64,000 nt of DNA from Betaproteobacteria bacterium UBA5216 (GTDB lineage Bacteria > Pseudomonadota > Gammaproteobacteria > Burkholderiales > SG8-41): contig DHVE01000135.1 of the NCBI GenBank assembly GCA_002412495.1, positions 22,199-86,198 on the forward strand, read 5' to 3'. Of the stretch, positions 29,669-38,976 are shown one piece after another. The notes below the pieces were generated by a model. It had not been told where the DNA came from. It ran no database searches and saw only the letters and a program-made list of their open reading frames with translations. A program made the translations under genes and the position numbers. Within the stretch, counting starts at the first letter, position 1; each line of letters starts with the position of its first letter.

Positions 29669-29842
29669 TTCATCTCCATTTTCCCGTACTGAAGACCAGT
29701 ATCGGATACCGGGCGGCGATACGCAAGACGACAGCGCCGGCATTAGCCAAGGACGCCGGCGACGCCATCCACGCCAGCCTTTATAATGCGGCCTGCGTTC
29801 CTTCACCCTCACCCGCCATCACAACCTGAGCAGGAGTTTTAC

Positions 29843-30916
29843 ATGAGCAGTCCCGTCAAAATGGGTATTGTCGGCCTCGGCCGATGGGCCAAAGTGCTAA
29901 CTCGCGCCGTATCCGGTAAGTCGGACAAGCTACAAATCATCGCCGGCTACAGCCGCTCGCAGGACAAGCGCGATGCATTCACCAACGAATTCGGCGTGCC
30001 CGGCGTGCCCGACATGCAAACCATGCTGTCCAACCCGGACATCAAGGGTGTGATTTTGACCGTGCCCAATGAACAACACCTGCCGCTGGCGGAACTGGTG
30101 GCCAAGGCCGGCAAGCATGTGTACACCGAAAAGCCCATCGCGCAAACCCTCGAAGACGGCCTCAAAATCGAAGCGCTCGAAAAACAATACGGCATCACCG
30201 TCACGGTCGGTCACAGCGCGCGCCTGATGGCGGGGATACGCATCATCAAGGAATTCATCGACCGCGGCGAACTGGGTCGCGTGGCGTTCATGGAAGCGAA
30301 TTTTTCGAATGAGCGCGCGCTGGAACTCACGCCGCAGACGTGGCGCTGGTATAAAGACCGCGCACCCGGCGGCAATCTGTCGCAATTGTGCATCCATCAG
30401 TTCGACGTGCTGCACATGCTCGGCGGCGCGGTGACGGAGATTTCGTCGATGTCGTCGAAACTTTCACCCGTGGGTGCGGAGGTCGACGATCAATCGATGA
30501 GCACCATTCGATTCGCCGACGGCAAACTCGGTTATGTCGGCTCAAGCTGGACATCACCCGGCGTGTTCAGCGTGCGCGTGTTCGGCTCGAAAGGCCTGAT
30601 GCATTATGAAATCGATTTTGGCACCTGGGACACGCCGCATCTTTTGCACAACGCGTCGGTGCTGTATATCCAGCGCGGCAAGGATGGCTGGGGCAAACGC
30701 GAAGAACTCAAAATCCCCGAGAGCGACATGTTCCGCGCCGAACTCGAAATGTTCGCCGGCAGTTGCGTCAGCGGCAAACCCGGAGAACTCACCGCTTACA
30801 ACGGCAACGTGGCGGTGGCGATGGTCAATGCCGCGCTGCGTTCGATCGAGAAAAACGGACAGGCGGTCAAGGTGGCGGATATCCTGAGTGAAACCCGCAA
30901 GAAAGCAGGAGCGTGA
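29843..30916 (+). CDS. Gfo/Idh/MocA family oxidoreductase
   Basis: GIVGLGRW, KHVYTEKP; AGGAG RBS. Confidence 0.9.
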   Translation: MSSPVKMGIVGLGRWAKVLTRAVSGKSDKLQIIAGYSRSQDKRDAFTNEFGVPGVPDMQTMLSNPDIKGVILTVPNEQHLPLAELVAKAGKHVYTEKPIAQTLEDGLKIEALEKQYGITVTVGHSARLMAGIRIIKEFIDRGELGRVAFMEANFSNERALELTPQTWRWYKDRAPGGNLSQLCIHQFDVLHMLGGAVTEISSMSSKLSPVGAEVDDQSMSTIRFADGKLGYVGSSWTSPGVFSVRVFGSKGLMHYEIDFGTWDTPHLLHNASVLYIQRGKDGWGKREELKIPESDMFRAELEMFAGSCVSGKPGELTAYNGNVAVAMVNAALRSIEKNGQAVKVADILSETRKKAGA

Positions 30917-31734
30917 TCATGCCGCAATCACCACTCGCCACGCGTTACTTCATCAACCTCACGCAGCCGGAAATCGCCGCGCAATTGAAAAAAAATCCGC
31001 TGGTGATTCTGCCGGCGGGCAGCGTGGAGCAGCACGGTCCGCATCTACCCACCGGCACCGATATTTACGCCGCCAATGTGATCAGCCACGCGGTGGCCGA
31101 GCGCATGGACGGCCTGGTGCTGCCCGGCGGCCCGCTGGGCGTGACGCCCATGCACATGCCGTTTGAAGGCACGCTCACGTTGTCGCCGGAGACTTACCAG
31201 AGCGTGGTGGTGGAAACCGGTGCCTCCACCGCGCAGCACGGCGCCAAGCGGTTGATGATTTTGAACTGGCACGAAGGCAATATTCCCTCGTTGGCGATTG
31301 CGTCGGAAAAACTGCATCGCGACGTGGGCATGAGCGTGATCGTGGTTCAGGCGTGTTACGTGGCCGCCGAGCTTTACGGACACGATTGCGGCGGCCTCAC
31401 CCACGGCGGCGAAATCGAAGCGCTAGCAGTGCTGGCGTATCAGCCCGACCTGGTGCATCTGGACCGCATTGATTATTCGTCCGATCATACTAAAGGCCGC
31501 AAGTGGGACCGGCTGCGCCGCACACGCAGCTATCAACCCGTACTGACGAACATCAAAACCATCGCCGAGACCGGCTGGTACGGCGCGCCGGAACACGCCA
31601 CCGCCGCCAAGGGCGTGAAAATGCTCAACGACATCGCGGATGCGATAGCGAAGGAATGCAGCGAGATTTTTGCGATGCTGGATGAAGCCAATGGTGGCAC
31701 GGCCGAGATCAAGCATTTGAAAATCGCCGGGTAA
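30913..31734 (+). CDS. Creatininase family amidohydrolase
   Basis: GSVEQHGPHLPTGTD, NWHEGN, HGGEIE. Confidence 0.9.
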   Translation: MIMPQSPLATRYFINLTQPEIAAQLKKNPLVILPAGSVEQHGPHLPTGTDIYAANVISHAVAERMDGLVLPGGPLGVTPMHMPFEGTLTLSPETYQSVVVETGASTAQHGAKRLMILNWHEGNIPSLAIASEKLHRDVGMSVIVVQACYVAAELYGHDCGGLTHGGEIEALAVLAYQPDLVHLDRIDYSSDHTKGRKWDRLRRTRSYQPVLTNIKTIAETGWYGAPEHATAAKGVKMLNDIADAIAKECSEIFAMLDEANGGTAEIKHLKIAG

Positions 31735-31748
31735 TTGGGAATCGTTGC

Positions 31749-31809
31749 GATGGGTTTCACCCATACTACGGTGTTGTCGTAGGATGGGTGGAGCGCAGCG
31801 CAACCCATC
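31749..31809. repeat. GTAG-type REP pair
   Basis: GATGGGTTTCACCCATACTAC and GTAGGATGGGTGGAGCGCAGCGCAACCCATC. Confidence 0.78.
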
Positions 31810-31830
31810 ACAAAAATAGGGAGAACTGTT

Positions 31831-32913
31831 TTGGGCAAAAATGGATTAGGTATCGCCGTGATCGGCTCGGGCCGCATCGGCACCTTGCGTGCCCGTCTTG
31901 CGGGCATGCATCCGTCGGTCAAATTTCTTGCGGTGTCGGATCTCGACCCGGCCAGGGCCGAAGCACTCGCCAAACTATCCGGCGCGCACTTTCACACCGG
32001 CGACAACAATGCGGCCATCGACCACCCCGATGTCGATGCCGTATTTGTCTCCACGCCGGAGCAGGAGCACGCCGAGCCGATCAAGCGCGCGCTCGCGGCG
32101 GGCAAGCCCGTGCTGTGCGAAAAGCCCATCGGCCTCACGCTGCAAACCGCCGACGATATTCTGGACATGCTCGCCAAAACCAACGGCAAGCTCAACTTCG
32201 GTTACAGCCGCCGTTACAAAGAGTGTTTTTTGCGCGCCAAGGAGCAAATGGTGCAGGGACGGCTCGGCACGGTGATCAGCGGCCTTGCACGTGTGTACAA
32301 CTCGCGCGCGCAAACTTTTCAGATTCTGAAACGCGACCCGCACGCAACACCGGTGCTCGACGTGCTCACCTACTACGTTGACCTGATGTGCTGGTTTCTC
32401 GAAGGCAACAAGCCCGTCGAAGTAGTGGCGCGCGGCCAACACGGCATCTTCAAGGCCGCGGGCTACAACTGCCACGACGCAACCTGGGCCATCGTCACCT
32501 TCGCCGATGGCGCGGTGCTCAATTTCGGCATCAGCTATTCACTGCCGGCGAATTTTCCGACGCAAGGGCAGTCGGATCGCGTGGAACTCCTTGGCACCGA
32601 AGGCACCATGCTGATCGACGACGATCACAAGGATCACCTGATCTACACCGAAAAAGGCGTGCCGCATCCGTACGTGCCCGGCCACAACCTCAACATGGCC
32701 TTCCTCGGCAGCAACTCCGCCGGCGATTGGGCGCTGGGCAATTTCTGGGGTTCGCTCGGCAACGAAACGCGCGCGTGGATCGATCATCTCGTGACCGGCG
32801 CGCCGATCTCGCACACCACGCCGGCGCAGGCGCGCATCAATCTGGAAACCACGATAGCGATTGAACGCTCGGTGGCGACAGGCCAATCCATTCGCCTGCC
32901 GCTCGAAACGTAA
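31831..32913 (+). CDS. Gfo/Idh/MocA family oxidoreductase
   Basis: AVIGSGRIG, VLCEKP, GYSRRY; TTG start with GGAG RBS. Confidence 0.9.
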   Translation: MGKNGLGIAVIGSGRIGTLRARLAGMHPSVKFLAVSDLDPARAEALAKLSGAHFHTGDNNAAIDHPDVDAVFVSTPEQEHAEPIKRALAAGKPVLCEKPIGLTLQTADDILDMLAKTNGKLNFGYSRRYKECFLRAKEQMVQGRLGTVISGLARVYNSRAQTFQILKRDPHATPVLDVLTYYVDLMCWFLEGNKPVEVVARGQHGIFKAAGYNCHDATWAIVTFADGAVLNFGISYSLPANFPTQGQSDRVELLGTEGTMLIDDDHKDHLIYTEKGVPHPYVPGHNLNMAFLGSNSAGDWALGNFWGSLGNETRAWIDHLVTGAPISHTTPAQARINLETTIAIERSVATGQSIRLPLET

Positions 32914-32999
32914 AACTCCTCTTAAAAACATAAACTTATATAAACATCCCGCAGCGTTCGCGGTGTTCTCGCGACCACATTGCCGCAAGGAGATATTTC

Positions 33000-33599
33000 A
33001 TGACGGCCCAACCCATTCGCTTCGGCCATTTCGGCATCAACTGTTTCGACATCCAGGCGATGGAGCGGTTTTACACCGAGGTCATGGGCATGGTGGTGGC
33101 GGATCGCGGTTACGTGCCACCGCCGGGTGATCGGCACATTGTGTTCATGACGCTCGACCCCACCGAGCATCATCAATTCATTCTGTGTTCGGGTCGCACG
33201 GAAGGCAAAATCGAGAAGGGCCCATTTCGCGGCGGCGGGCGCGGCACGGCAATCAATCAAATTTCGTTTCACTGCGCGACCCTTGGCGACTTGCGCCGCG
33301 CGCAGGCGAGACTCGCCGCAGCCGGTTGCACGGACGGCACGCCGATCTGCCACGGCAACGCGTGGTCGATTTACATCCGTGATATCGAGGGCAATCCGAT
33401 GGAGTTGTATGTAGACAGCCCGTGGTACACGCCGCAGCCGTGCGGCGAGCCGTTTGATTTGTCGCTTTCAGACGAAGCAATTTACCGGCAGACCGAAGCG
33501 ATGTGCCGCGCGCGACCCGGCTTTGAAGACGCCGCGCCGTGGCGGGCGCGGCTGGCTGAAAAAATTCAGGCCACACTCACTGAAATCAACAACCGGTAG
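33000..33599 (+). CDS. VOC (glyoxalase/extradiol dioxygenase-like) family protein
   Basis: FGHFGI, FYTEVMG, EHHQ, HGNAWSIY.RD.EGN..E. Confidence 0.88.
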   Translation: MTAQPIRFGHFGINCFDIQAMERFYTEVMGMVVADRGYVPPPGDRHIVFMTLDPTEHHQFILCSGRTEGKIEKGPFRGGGRGTAINQISFHCATLGDLRRAQARLAAAGCTDGTPICHGNAWSIYIRDIEGNPMELYVDSPWYTPQPCGEPFDLSLSDEAIYRQTEAMCRARPGFEDAAPWRARLAEKIQATLTEINNR

Positions 33600-33604
33600 C
33601 ATCG

Positions 33605-34582
33605 ATGATGAAACACACGCTGCTGGCTCTGTCGGTTTTTTCAGCTACGGCGTTGGGCGCGGCCCACGCACAGGAATATCCGGCGAAGGCCATCACCATC
33701 ACGCTGGTGCTCGCACCCGGCACTGGCCTGGATGTGGTGGCGCGCACGTGGGGCGAACAGCTTGCGCAAGCGCTCGGCAAACCGGTCGTCTTCGATAACA
33801 AACCGGGGGCCAATGGCATCGTCGCCGTTAACGCGGTAAAAAATGCGCCCGCGGACGGACATGCCTTGCTGGTCGGCACCAGCGCCGCGCTCGCGCTGAA
33901 TCAAACCACCTACAAGCAATTGCCCTATGACTCGGCGAAGGACTTTATACCGGTGTCGGTGTATCTGAAGTCACCATTCATTTTGATCGTACATCCGTCG
34001 CTGCCGGTGCGCACCGCGCTTGAACTGGCGGCTTACGTCAAGGCGCGGCCGGGTCAGCTCAGCTACAGTTCCACCGGCCCCGGCGGCGCGCCGAGGTTGG
34101 CTACAGAGATGTTCGCGCAGCATTTTGGCCTGAACCTGATTCACGTGCCGTACAAAAACAGTCCGCAGGCCATCATCGACATTGCCGCGGGGCATGTGCA
34201 ACTCGGCTTTGCCGAAGCAGGTGCATCGCAACAACTGATCCGCGACAAGCGCCTGCGCGCGCTGGCGGTATCGACCCTCACGAGGTTTAATTCACTGCCG
34301 GACGTTCCGACGCTGGCCGAAGCCGCCAAGCGCCCCGGCCTTGAAGCGGTGTCATGGCACGCGCTGGTCGCGCCCGCCGCCACACCGCGCGCCGTGGTGA
34401 ACCGCCTGCACGGTGAGATGACGCGCATACTCAAACTGCCCGACGTGAACAAGACCATTGCGAATCTCGATCTGATTCCCGCCGCGCTGGCATCGATCGA
34501 CGAACACCGGCAATACATCGCCGCGGAAACCCAAAAGTGGGGCGACCTGATCCGCAAGTTAGGGTTGGCGGGCTCGCAGTAA
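33605..34582 (+). CDS. Bug/TctC substrate-binding protein
   Basis: LAPGTGLD, DNKPGA, HVPYK. Confidence 0.9.
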   Translation: MMKHTLLALSVFSATALGAAHAQEYPAKAITITLVLAPGTGLDVVARTWGEQLAQALGKPVVFDNKPGANGIVAVNAVKNAPADGHALLVGTSAALALNQTTYKQLPYDSAKDFIPVSVYLKSPFILIVHPSLPVRTALELAAYVKARPGQLSYSSTGPGGAPRLATEMFAQHFGLNLIHVPYKNSPQAIIDIAAGHVQLGFAEAGASQQLIRDKRLRALAVSTLTRFNSLPDVPTLAEAAKRPGLEAVSWHALVAPAATPRAVVNRLHGEMTRILKLPDVNKTIANLDLIPAALASIDEHRQYIAAETQKWGDLIRKLGLAGSQ

Positions 34583-34604
34583 GCGAGCCTACCATCGCGC
34601 GATC

Positions 34605-35405
34605 TCAAGGCCATTCACCACGCCGTATCCAGCCGGCACGCCGCCAATAACAGTAAACCGCACTCGCGCACACCAGCAGCGCAAACGCCACCGTGCCGAA
34701 CACCGCGATGCAGCGCATCAGCACGGCCGCCGCGAACGCACCGTTGAATCGTGCGGCAACGTCCAACGCCAATGGCACTGCGATCACCAGCGCGATGGCG
34801 GCGATGGCGATCAGCAGAGCACGGCGCCAGCGATCCTCGTGCGTGGCTACATGACGCAAACTCGTGCTCGCGCGCCGTAACCACCGGCGGTAGGCAATGA
34901 GCAGAATCGCCGTGCCCGCCAGCGTGGAAAGCCACTGCGTCAGGTAATAGACTGGCACGCCCGTTGCGCCCACGTTGAACAGTGGCGCTTGCAGTGCCTC
35001 GATATGCAGCCCGATCAAATCGCGCTTGTGGGTGAACGCGTCCCAAATAATATGCGTGCAGGCGCCCAGCACCAGCGATACCGCCACCTTGATCAGGCGC
35101 GATAACGTCAACGTGACGGGCGCTTCGCTCAACGGCATGAGCGCCGCGCGATGCGGTTGCGGCAGCACATAACACAACGGCTTGCGCAGCAGGCACAACA
35201 CGGCCAACACCATCAGGCCCAGCGGCAGGCAAATCAGCACGCTACCGGAGAAGCTGTGCGCGTGCGTCGCGAATTCGGCGCCGGGGACGTAGTAGCCCAG
35301 ATCCGGCGTGAGACTGCCCACCACCAGCGCCGGAAAACTCAGATGGCGCGGACAATAACGGCGCAACGGCAGCACCGCGGCTGGATGGGCGAAGGTCCAG
35401 GGCAT
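34605..35405 (-). CDS. DUF4184 family membrane protein
   Basis: MPWTFAHPAAVLP, GSLTPD, THIIWDAFTH. Confidence 0.82.
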   Translation of the reverse strand: MPWTFAHPAAVLPLRRYCPRHLSFPALVVGSLTPDLGYYVPGAEFATHAHSFSGSVLICLPLGLMVLAVLCLLRKPLCYVLPQPHRAALMPLSEAPVTLTLSRLIKVAVSLVLGACTHIIWDAFTHKRDLIGLHIEALQAPLFNVGATGVPVYYLTQWLSTLAGTAILLIAYRRWLRRASTSLRHVATHEDRWRRALLIAIAAIALVIAVPLALDVAARFNGAFAAAVLMRCIAVFGTVAFALLVCASAVYCYWRRAGWIRRGEWP

Positions 35406-35497
35406 TATTTCATTTCTATTTCAATGGCGAGGCCAGGTTTCGTTTTCACGATGTTGATGAATCGACCTGGTCTTTTTCCAATGAAATGGAATGGGAA

Positions 35498-36223
35498 TTA
35501 CGCTTTCCGGTGGAATTGCTTCAGTTCCTCGTTAAGGCTCGCATACAACATGGCCACCCAGCGCGGCTCGTGCATGATCGAGCGCGGTGGCTCCAGTCTG
35601 AAATCGGTGGGCGCGATCAGCACGCGCACGTTTTCCTTGCTCACGCGCGCCGTCAACACAAACAAATCTTCCGCTGCGTCGTCCCCCATCGCAAGGCATC
35701 CGATGGACCACCATCCGCCGTGGATCATGATGTCCGAACCGATGTTTTTTCGGCCATCCGCAGCCCCCATGCGGCGATCAAACGCGTTGGGGTAGTTCAG
35801 GCGCAACGAGAGATGGGCAAAGCTGCTGGGGTTGAGCATTTCGATTTGATACACGCCTTCGGGAACCTGCCGGTCGCCCTCGGCCAACTTCGGGCCGGCC
35901 TTGCCGCTCGCGCCGCGCACGACGTAAGTTTTGATATAGCGCCACGGATCGCCAAAGGCAGCTCGTGCATGAACTTCCATGACACGCGCGTCCTTGAACG
36001 CCAACAGCGCGACTTCCGCCGGCGGATATGCCACACCCGCGCGGGAAAATGCGGGCCGCAGACGCGCATCGACGCGCGCGCCATATTGCGCCACACGATA
36101 TTCGATGCTGCCGCGTCCATGATCACCGCGCGGCAAAAACCAGTTACGGCGTGAAGCGACATACCCCAATGCCGCTGTGGTAGCCACGCCAGCGACAAGC
36201 AGCAGGAATCGGTTGCGCGTCAT
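35498..36223 (-). CDS. L,D-transpeptidase (YkuD/YafK-like) family protein
   Basis: GPKLAEGDRQVPEG.Y, LNYPN, IMIHGG..SIGC. Confidence 0.88.
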   Translation of the reverse strand: MTRNRFLLLVAGVATTAALGYVASRRNWFLPRGDHGRGSIEYRVAQYGARVDARLRPAFSRAGVAYPPAEVALLAFKDARVMEVHARAAFGDPWRYIKTYVVRGASGKAGPKLAEGDRQVPEGVYQIEMLNPSSFAHLSLRLNYPNAFDRRMGAADGRKNIGSDIMIHGGWWSIGCLAMGDDAAEDLFVLTARVSKENVRVLIAPTDFRLEPPRSIMHEPRWVAMLYASLNEELKQFHRKA

Positions 36224-36446
36224 CACATCGACCTCGATGCACGCGCGCGCCACGCAAAATGGAATGCCTGTCTTGTCATGCTCTGCTCCCGAACAACGCG
36301 TCCCGTGACGCACAAGCGCATTACACCGTGACAGGCTGACGCAAGCAGGGACGGATCATGGCAAAGCCATGATTAATTGTGGCGGAAAAGAGGCGGGTAA
36401 AACGCCGCCGCGCGGACAGGCGTCCGCGCAGCGAAGACCATTGGTA

Positions 36447-37307
36447 TCAGTCCAGTTCGCGATGCACGAAATCGATGATCTTCTCGATGCAGTCACGCGC
36501 CTGCGGCGAGGTCGGATCGTTGGTGACGAACGCCTCGCCCACGCCTTCAAACAAGTGCAGATCCACTTTGCCGCCCACCTTGCGATAGCCCGCGATAAAG
36601 CGGTCACGATTCGGCACCGGGTGCGCGAAATCCGCCGTGCCCTGCAAATAAATTACATTCGGCGTCAGACATTTTTCGCCGCGCTCCAGGAGGCGCGTGG
36701 GATTGGCTTGCGCCATGTCCTCCAGCGTGGGCCAGTAGAGATTGTGATTCTTGACCCAGATGTCGCCGTGCTTGGCATGCGGGCCGCCCGCCAGGGTTTG
36801 CGCGTATTCGTAACGCCCCAGCGGATCGATCACCGGCCAGCACATCACCGCGCACTGCACCGTCGCATCGACACCAGCCGGGCCGGGAATGGCGGTGAAC
36901 CGCGGATCGTGCGGCCACATCGCCGTCAGCATCGCCTGATGGCCTCCGCTCGATACGCCGAGAATCGCCACGCGCTTCGGATCGATATTGAACTCCGTCG
37001 CGCGCGACTTGAACCAGCGAATCGCATAGTTGATGTCCTGCAACGACGCCGGGAACCGGCCGTCGGGTGGCATGCGGAAATCCAGCGACGCAACCACCAC
37101 CCCGGTTTTTGCCACCGGCGTATCCGTGCCTTCATCGGAAAGACGATCCTTGTTCACCCAAGCACCACCGTGAATATCAATCATCAGCGGAAACGGCCCC
37201 TTGCCACGCGGCTTGTACACGCGCGCAAGATACGGCTTCGTGCCGTGACGAATATATTCAACATCGGAGACATCGATTTCATAGCGCGTGAGTTCGGCGG
37301 TGGTCAT
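36447..37307 (-). CDS. Alpha/beta hydrolase (HSL-like esterase)
   Basis: IHGGAW, GVSSGG, QGTAD; the usual catalytic His position reads GVGEAF. Confidence 0.85.
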   Translation of the reverse strand: MTTAELTRYEIDVSDVEYIRHGTKPYLARVYKPRGKGPFPLMIDIHGGAWVNKDRLSDEGTDTPVAKTGVVVASLDFRMPPDGRFPASLQDINYAIRWFKSRATEFNIDPKRVAILGVSSGGHQAMLTAMWPHDPRFTAIPGPAGVDATVQCAVMCWPVIDPLGRYEYAQTLAGGPHAKHGDIWVKNHNLYWPTLEDMAQANPTRLLERGEKCLTPNVIYLQGTADFAHPVPNRDRFIAGYRKVGGKVDLHLFEGVGEAFVTNDPTSPQARDCIEKIIDFVHRELD

Positions 37308-37544
37308 GAGAGGCTCCTTGGAAGTGACAGCGTGGGATGGGGCGAAATGGAATTTGTGATGCGGTGATTGGAATTGTAGCGCTATGAGGCGAACTACGCG
37401 TGACAGTGAGCAAGTACACACAAACACAAAATGTTTAATAAAAACATATGGTTACGAACAACTACCATGTATGATGTTGGTTTTCGAGGTGCTGCAAGAA
37501 AGAAAAGGAATGCTCGCATCCGAGCAGGTGCTTGCAGTAAGTAC

Positions 37545-37790
37545 CCCTGAGAGCCGCCGAGCAGCGCAGCCATGCCGGGGGAAGTCGGCGAGGACTGCCT
37601 GAGTCCTCGCACCGTTGTCTTATGCGAGGGCGAGTTCCGTAGCCGCCCGGCGTGGCGAGCAGCGCAGGCAAGGGCACACTTGAAGCGGAGCAGAAGCCCG
37701 TAGGGCCGGCGAACCGGGGGCCGCCTTTCTTTGGTTACTTTCTTTGGCGGAGCAAAGAAAGTAACCAGCCGCCGGGCTACCCCCGGCGAC
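37545..37790. repeat. Structured intergenic element (MITE/REP-like or ncRNA)
   Basis: CGAGCAGCGCAG twice; 9-bp hairpin 37588-37610; 15-bp hairpin 37732-37767. Confidence 0.6.
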
Positions 37791-37829
37791 GTTGACGTTT
37801 AATGCACGTGGTTTGGCAAATTCACATGC

Positions 37830-37853
37830 GGCGCAATACGGATTGCGCCCTAC
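37830..37853 (-). repeat. Single GTAG-type REP
   Basis: Minus strand GTAGGGCGCAATCCGTATTGCGCC. Confidence 0.7.
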
Positions 37854-37871
37854 AACTTCTGAATTATCACG

Positions 37872-38840
37872 CTACTTAATCGCCTGCGGATTAATAGGCG
37901 ACCCCACCGCCCGCGTAATCGGCAACGGCGGCCCGCAGAAAAAGAACTCGTACACTTTGTCGCTGGCGCAGTCGTCCGCCAAATCCTTGAGATAAAAAAT
38001 CTCGCCCATCGTGATGCCAATCATCGGGATCACCACCCAATGCCATGGCTGCGACGCATCGTCCGTTTCATTCGGCCGCACTTCGCATCCCCACGTGTCC
38101 GTGCAGATCGCGGCGATTTCCTTGCGGTGTATCCACTCTGCCGTTTCAAACGCCAGCCCCGGCGCATCACCGCCGGCATAGCCGCCCCACTCGCCGGTTT
38201 TCAAACGGTTTTCCATTTGTCCCGTGCGCACAATCACAAAATCGCCGCGCTTGATTTCAACGCCTTGCGCCTTGGCGCAGGCGTCGAGATCGTCGTTGGT
38301 GATGGCTTCGCCGTCTTCAAGATATTCCTTGCCGAGATGGCGCGCCACGTCCAGCAGCACGCCGCGTCCGGCCATTTTGTCGCGGGTTTTGTGTATGCCG
38401 TTTTTTTGCGCGCCGTTGGCATCAACGAGCTTGGCGTCGTAACCGTTCCACATTTTATCGTCGTAAAAAATATGGCCCAGCGCGTCCCATTGCGTGCCGC
38501 ACTGCAGCGGCAGCGAGACCATGTCGTCGGCGTATCTGAGGCCGCCCTTGTCCTGATTGCCTGCGACCGCGTCGGTGCCGGTGGCGAGCATGGTGTGGAT
38601 CGGATTGAAGCGGTTGCCCCACAGGCCGCGCTGCGGGCCGGTGCGGTCGAAGTTAAGGCCCAGTGAAAATACTTTGCCTTTTTTCACCAGGCGCGAGGCA
38701 TCGATGATGTTTTGCGGCGTCACGTAGTTGAGCGTGCCCACCTGATCATCCGGTCCCCACTTGCCCCAGTTTTTGAGTTTCTCGGCGGTGGCGCGCAGGT
38801 GCGCGATGGTGAATTTCTTGGCGTCGTAACGGCGGGTCAT
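37872..38840 (-). CDS. Cyclase (kynurenine formamidase-like) family metal hydrolase
   Basis: NWGKWGPDDQVGTLN, QCGTQWDALGH, GRGVLLD, VRTG, GSPINP. Confidence 0.9.
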   Translation of the reverse strand: MTRRYDAKKFTIAHLRATAEKLKNWGKWGPDDQVGTLNYVTPQNIIDASRLVKKGKVFSLGLNFDRTGPQRGLWGNRFNPIHTMLATGTDAVAGNQDKGGLRYADDMVSLPLQCGTQWDALGHIFYDDKMWNGYDAKLVDANGAQKNGIHKTRDKMAGRGVLLDVARHLGKEYLEDGEAITNDDLDACAKAQGVEIKRGDFVIVRTGQMENRLKTGEWGGYAGGDAPGLAFETAEWIHRKEIAAICTDTWGCEVRPNETDDASQPWHWVVIPMIGITMGEIFYLKDLADDCASDKVYEFFFCGPPLPITRAVGSPINPQAIK

Positions 38841-38924
38841 GTGAGTCTCCTTTAAATGTGTGGCAACACCGTTGCCCTCTCCCCTACCCCTTTTCCGCAA
38901 GCGGTAGCTGAGAGGCAACAAAGC

Positions 38925-38957
38925 AAAAAAAATGGCGTCACGGGTAGTGACGCCATT
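38925..38957 (-). terminator. Rho-independent terminator after the amidohydrolase gene
   Basis: Minus strand stem AATGGCGTCAC/GTGACGCCATT, 5-nt loop, followed by a T run. Confidence 0.8.
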
Positions 38958-38976
38958 CTACAATCAACAGCCAAAC

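Noticed and set aside
38875-38915. CCCTCTCCCC...GAGAGG REP-like remnant
   Set aside because: Single degenerate copy; too weak to call as a feature
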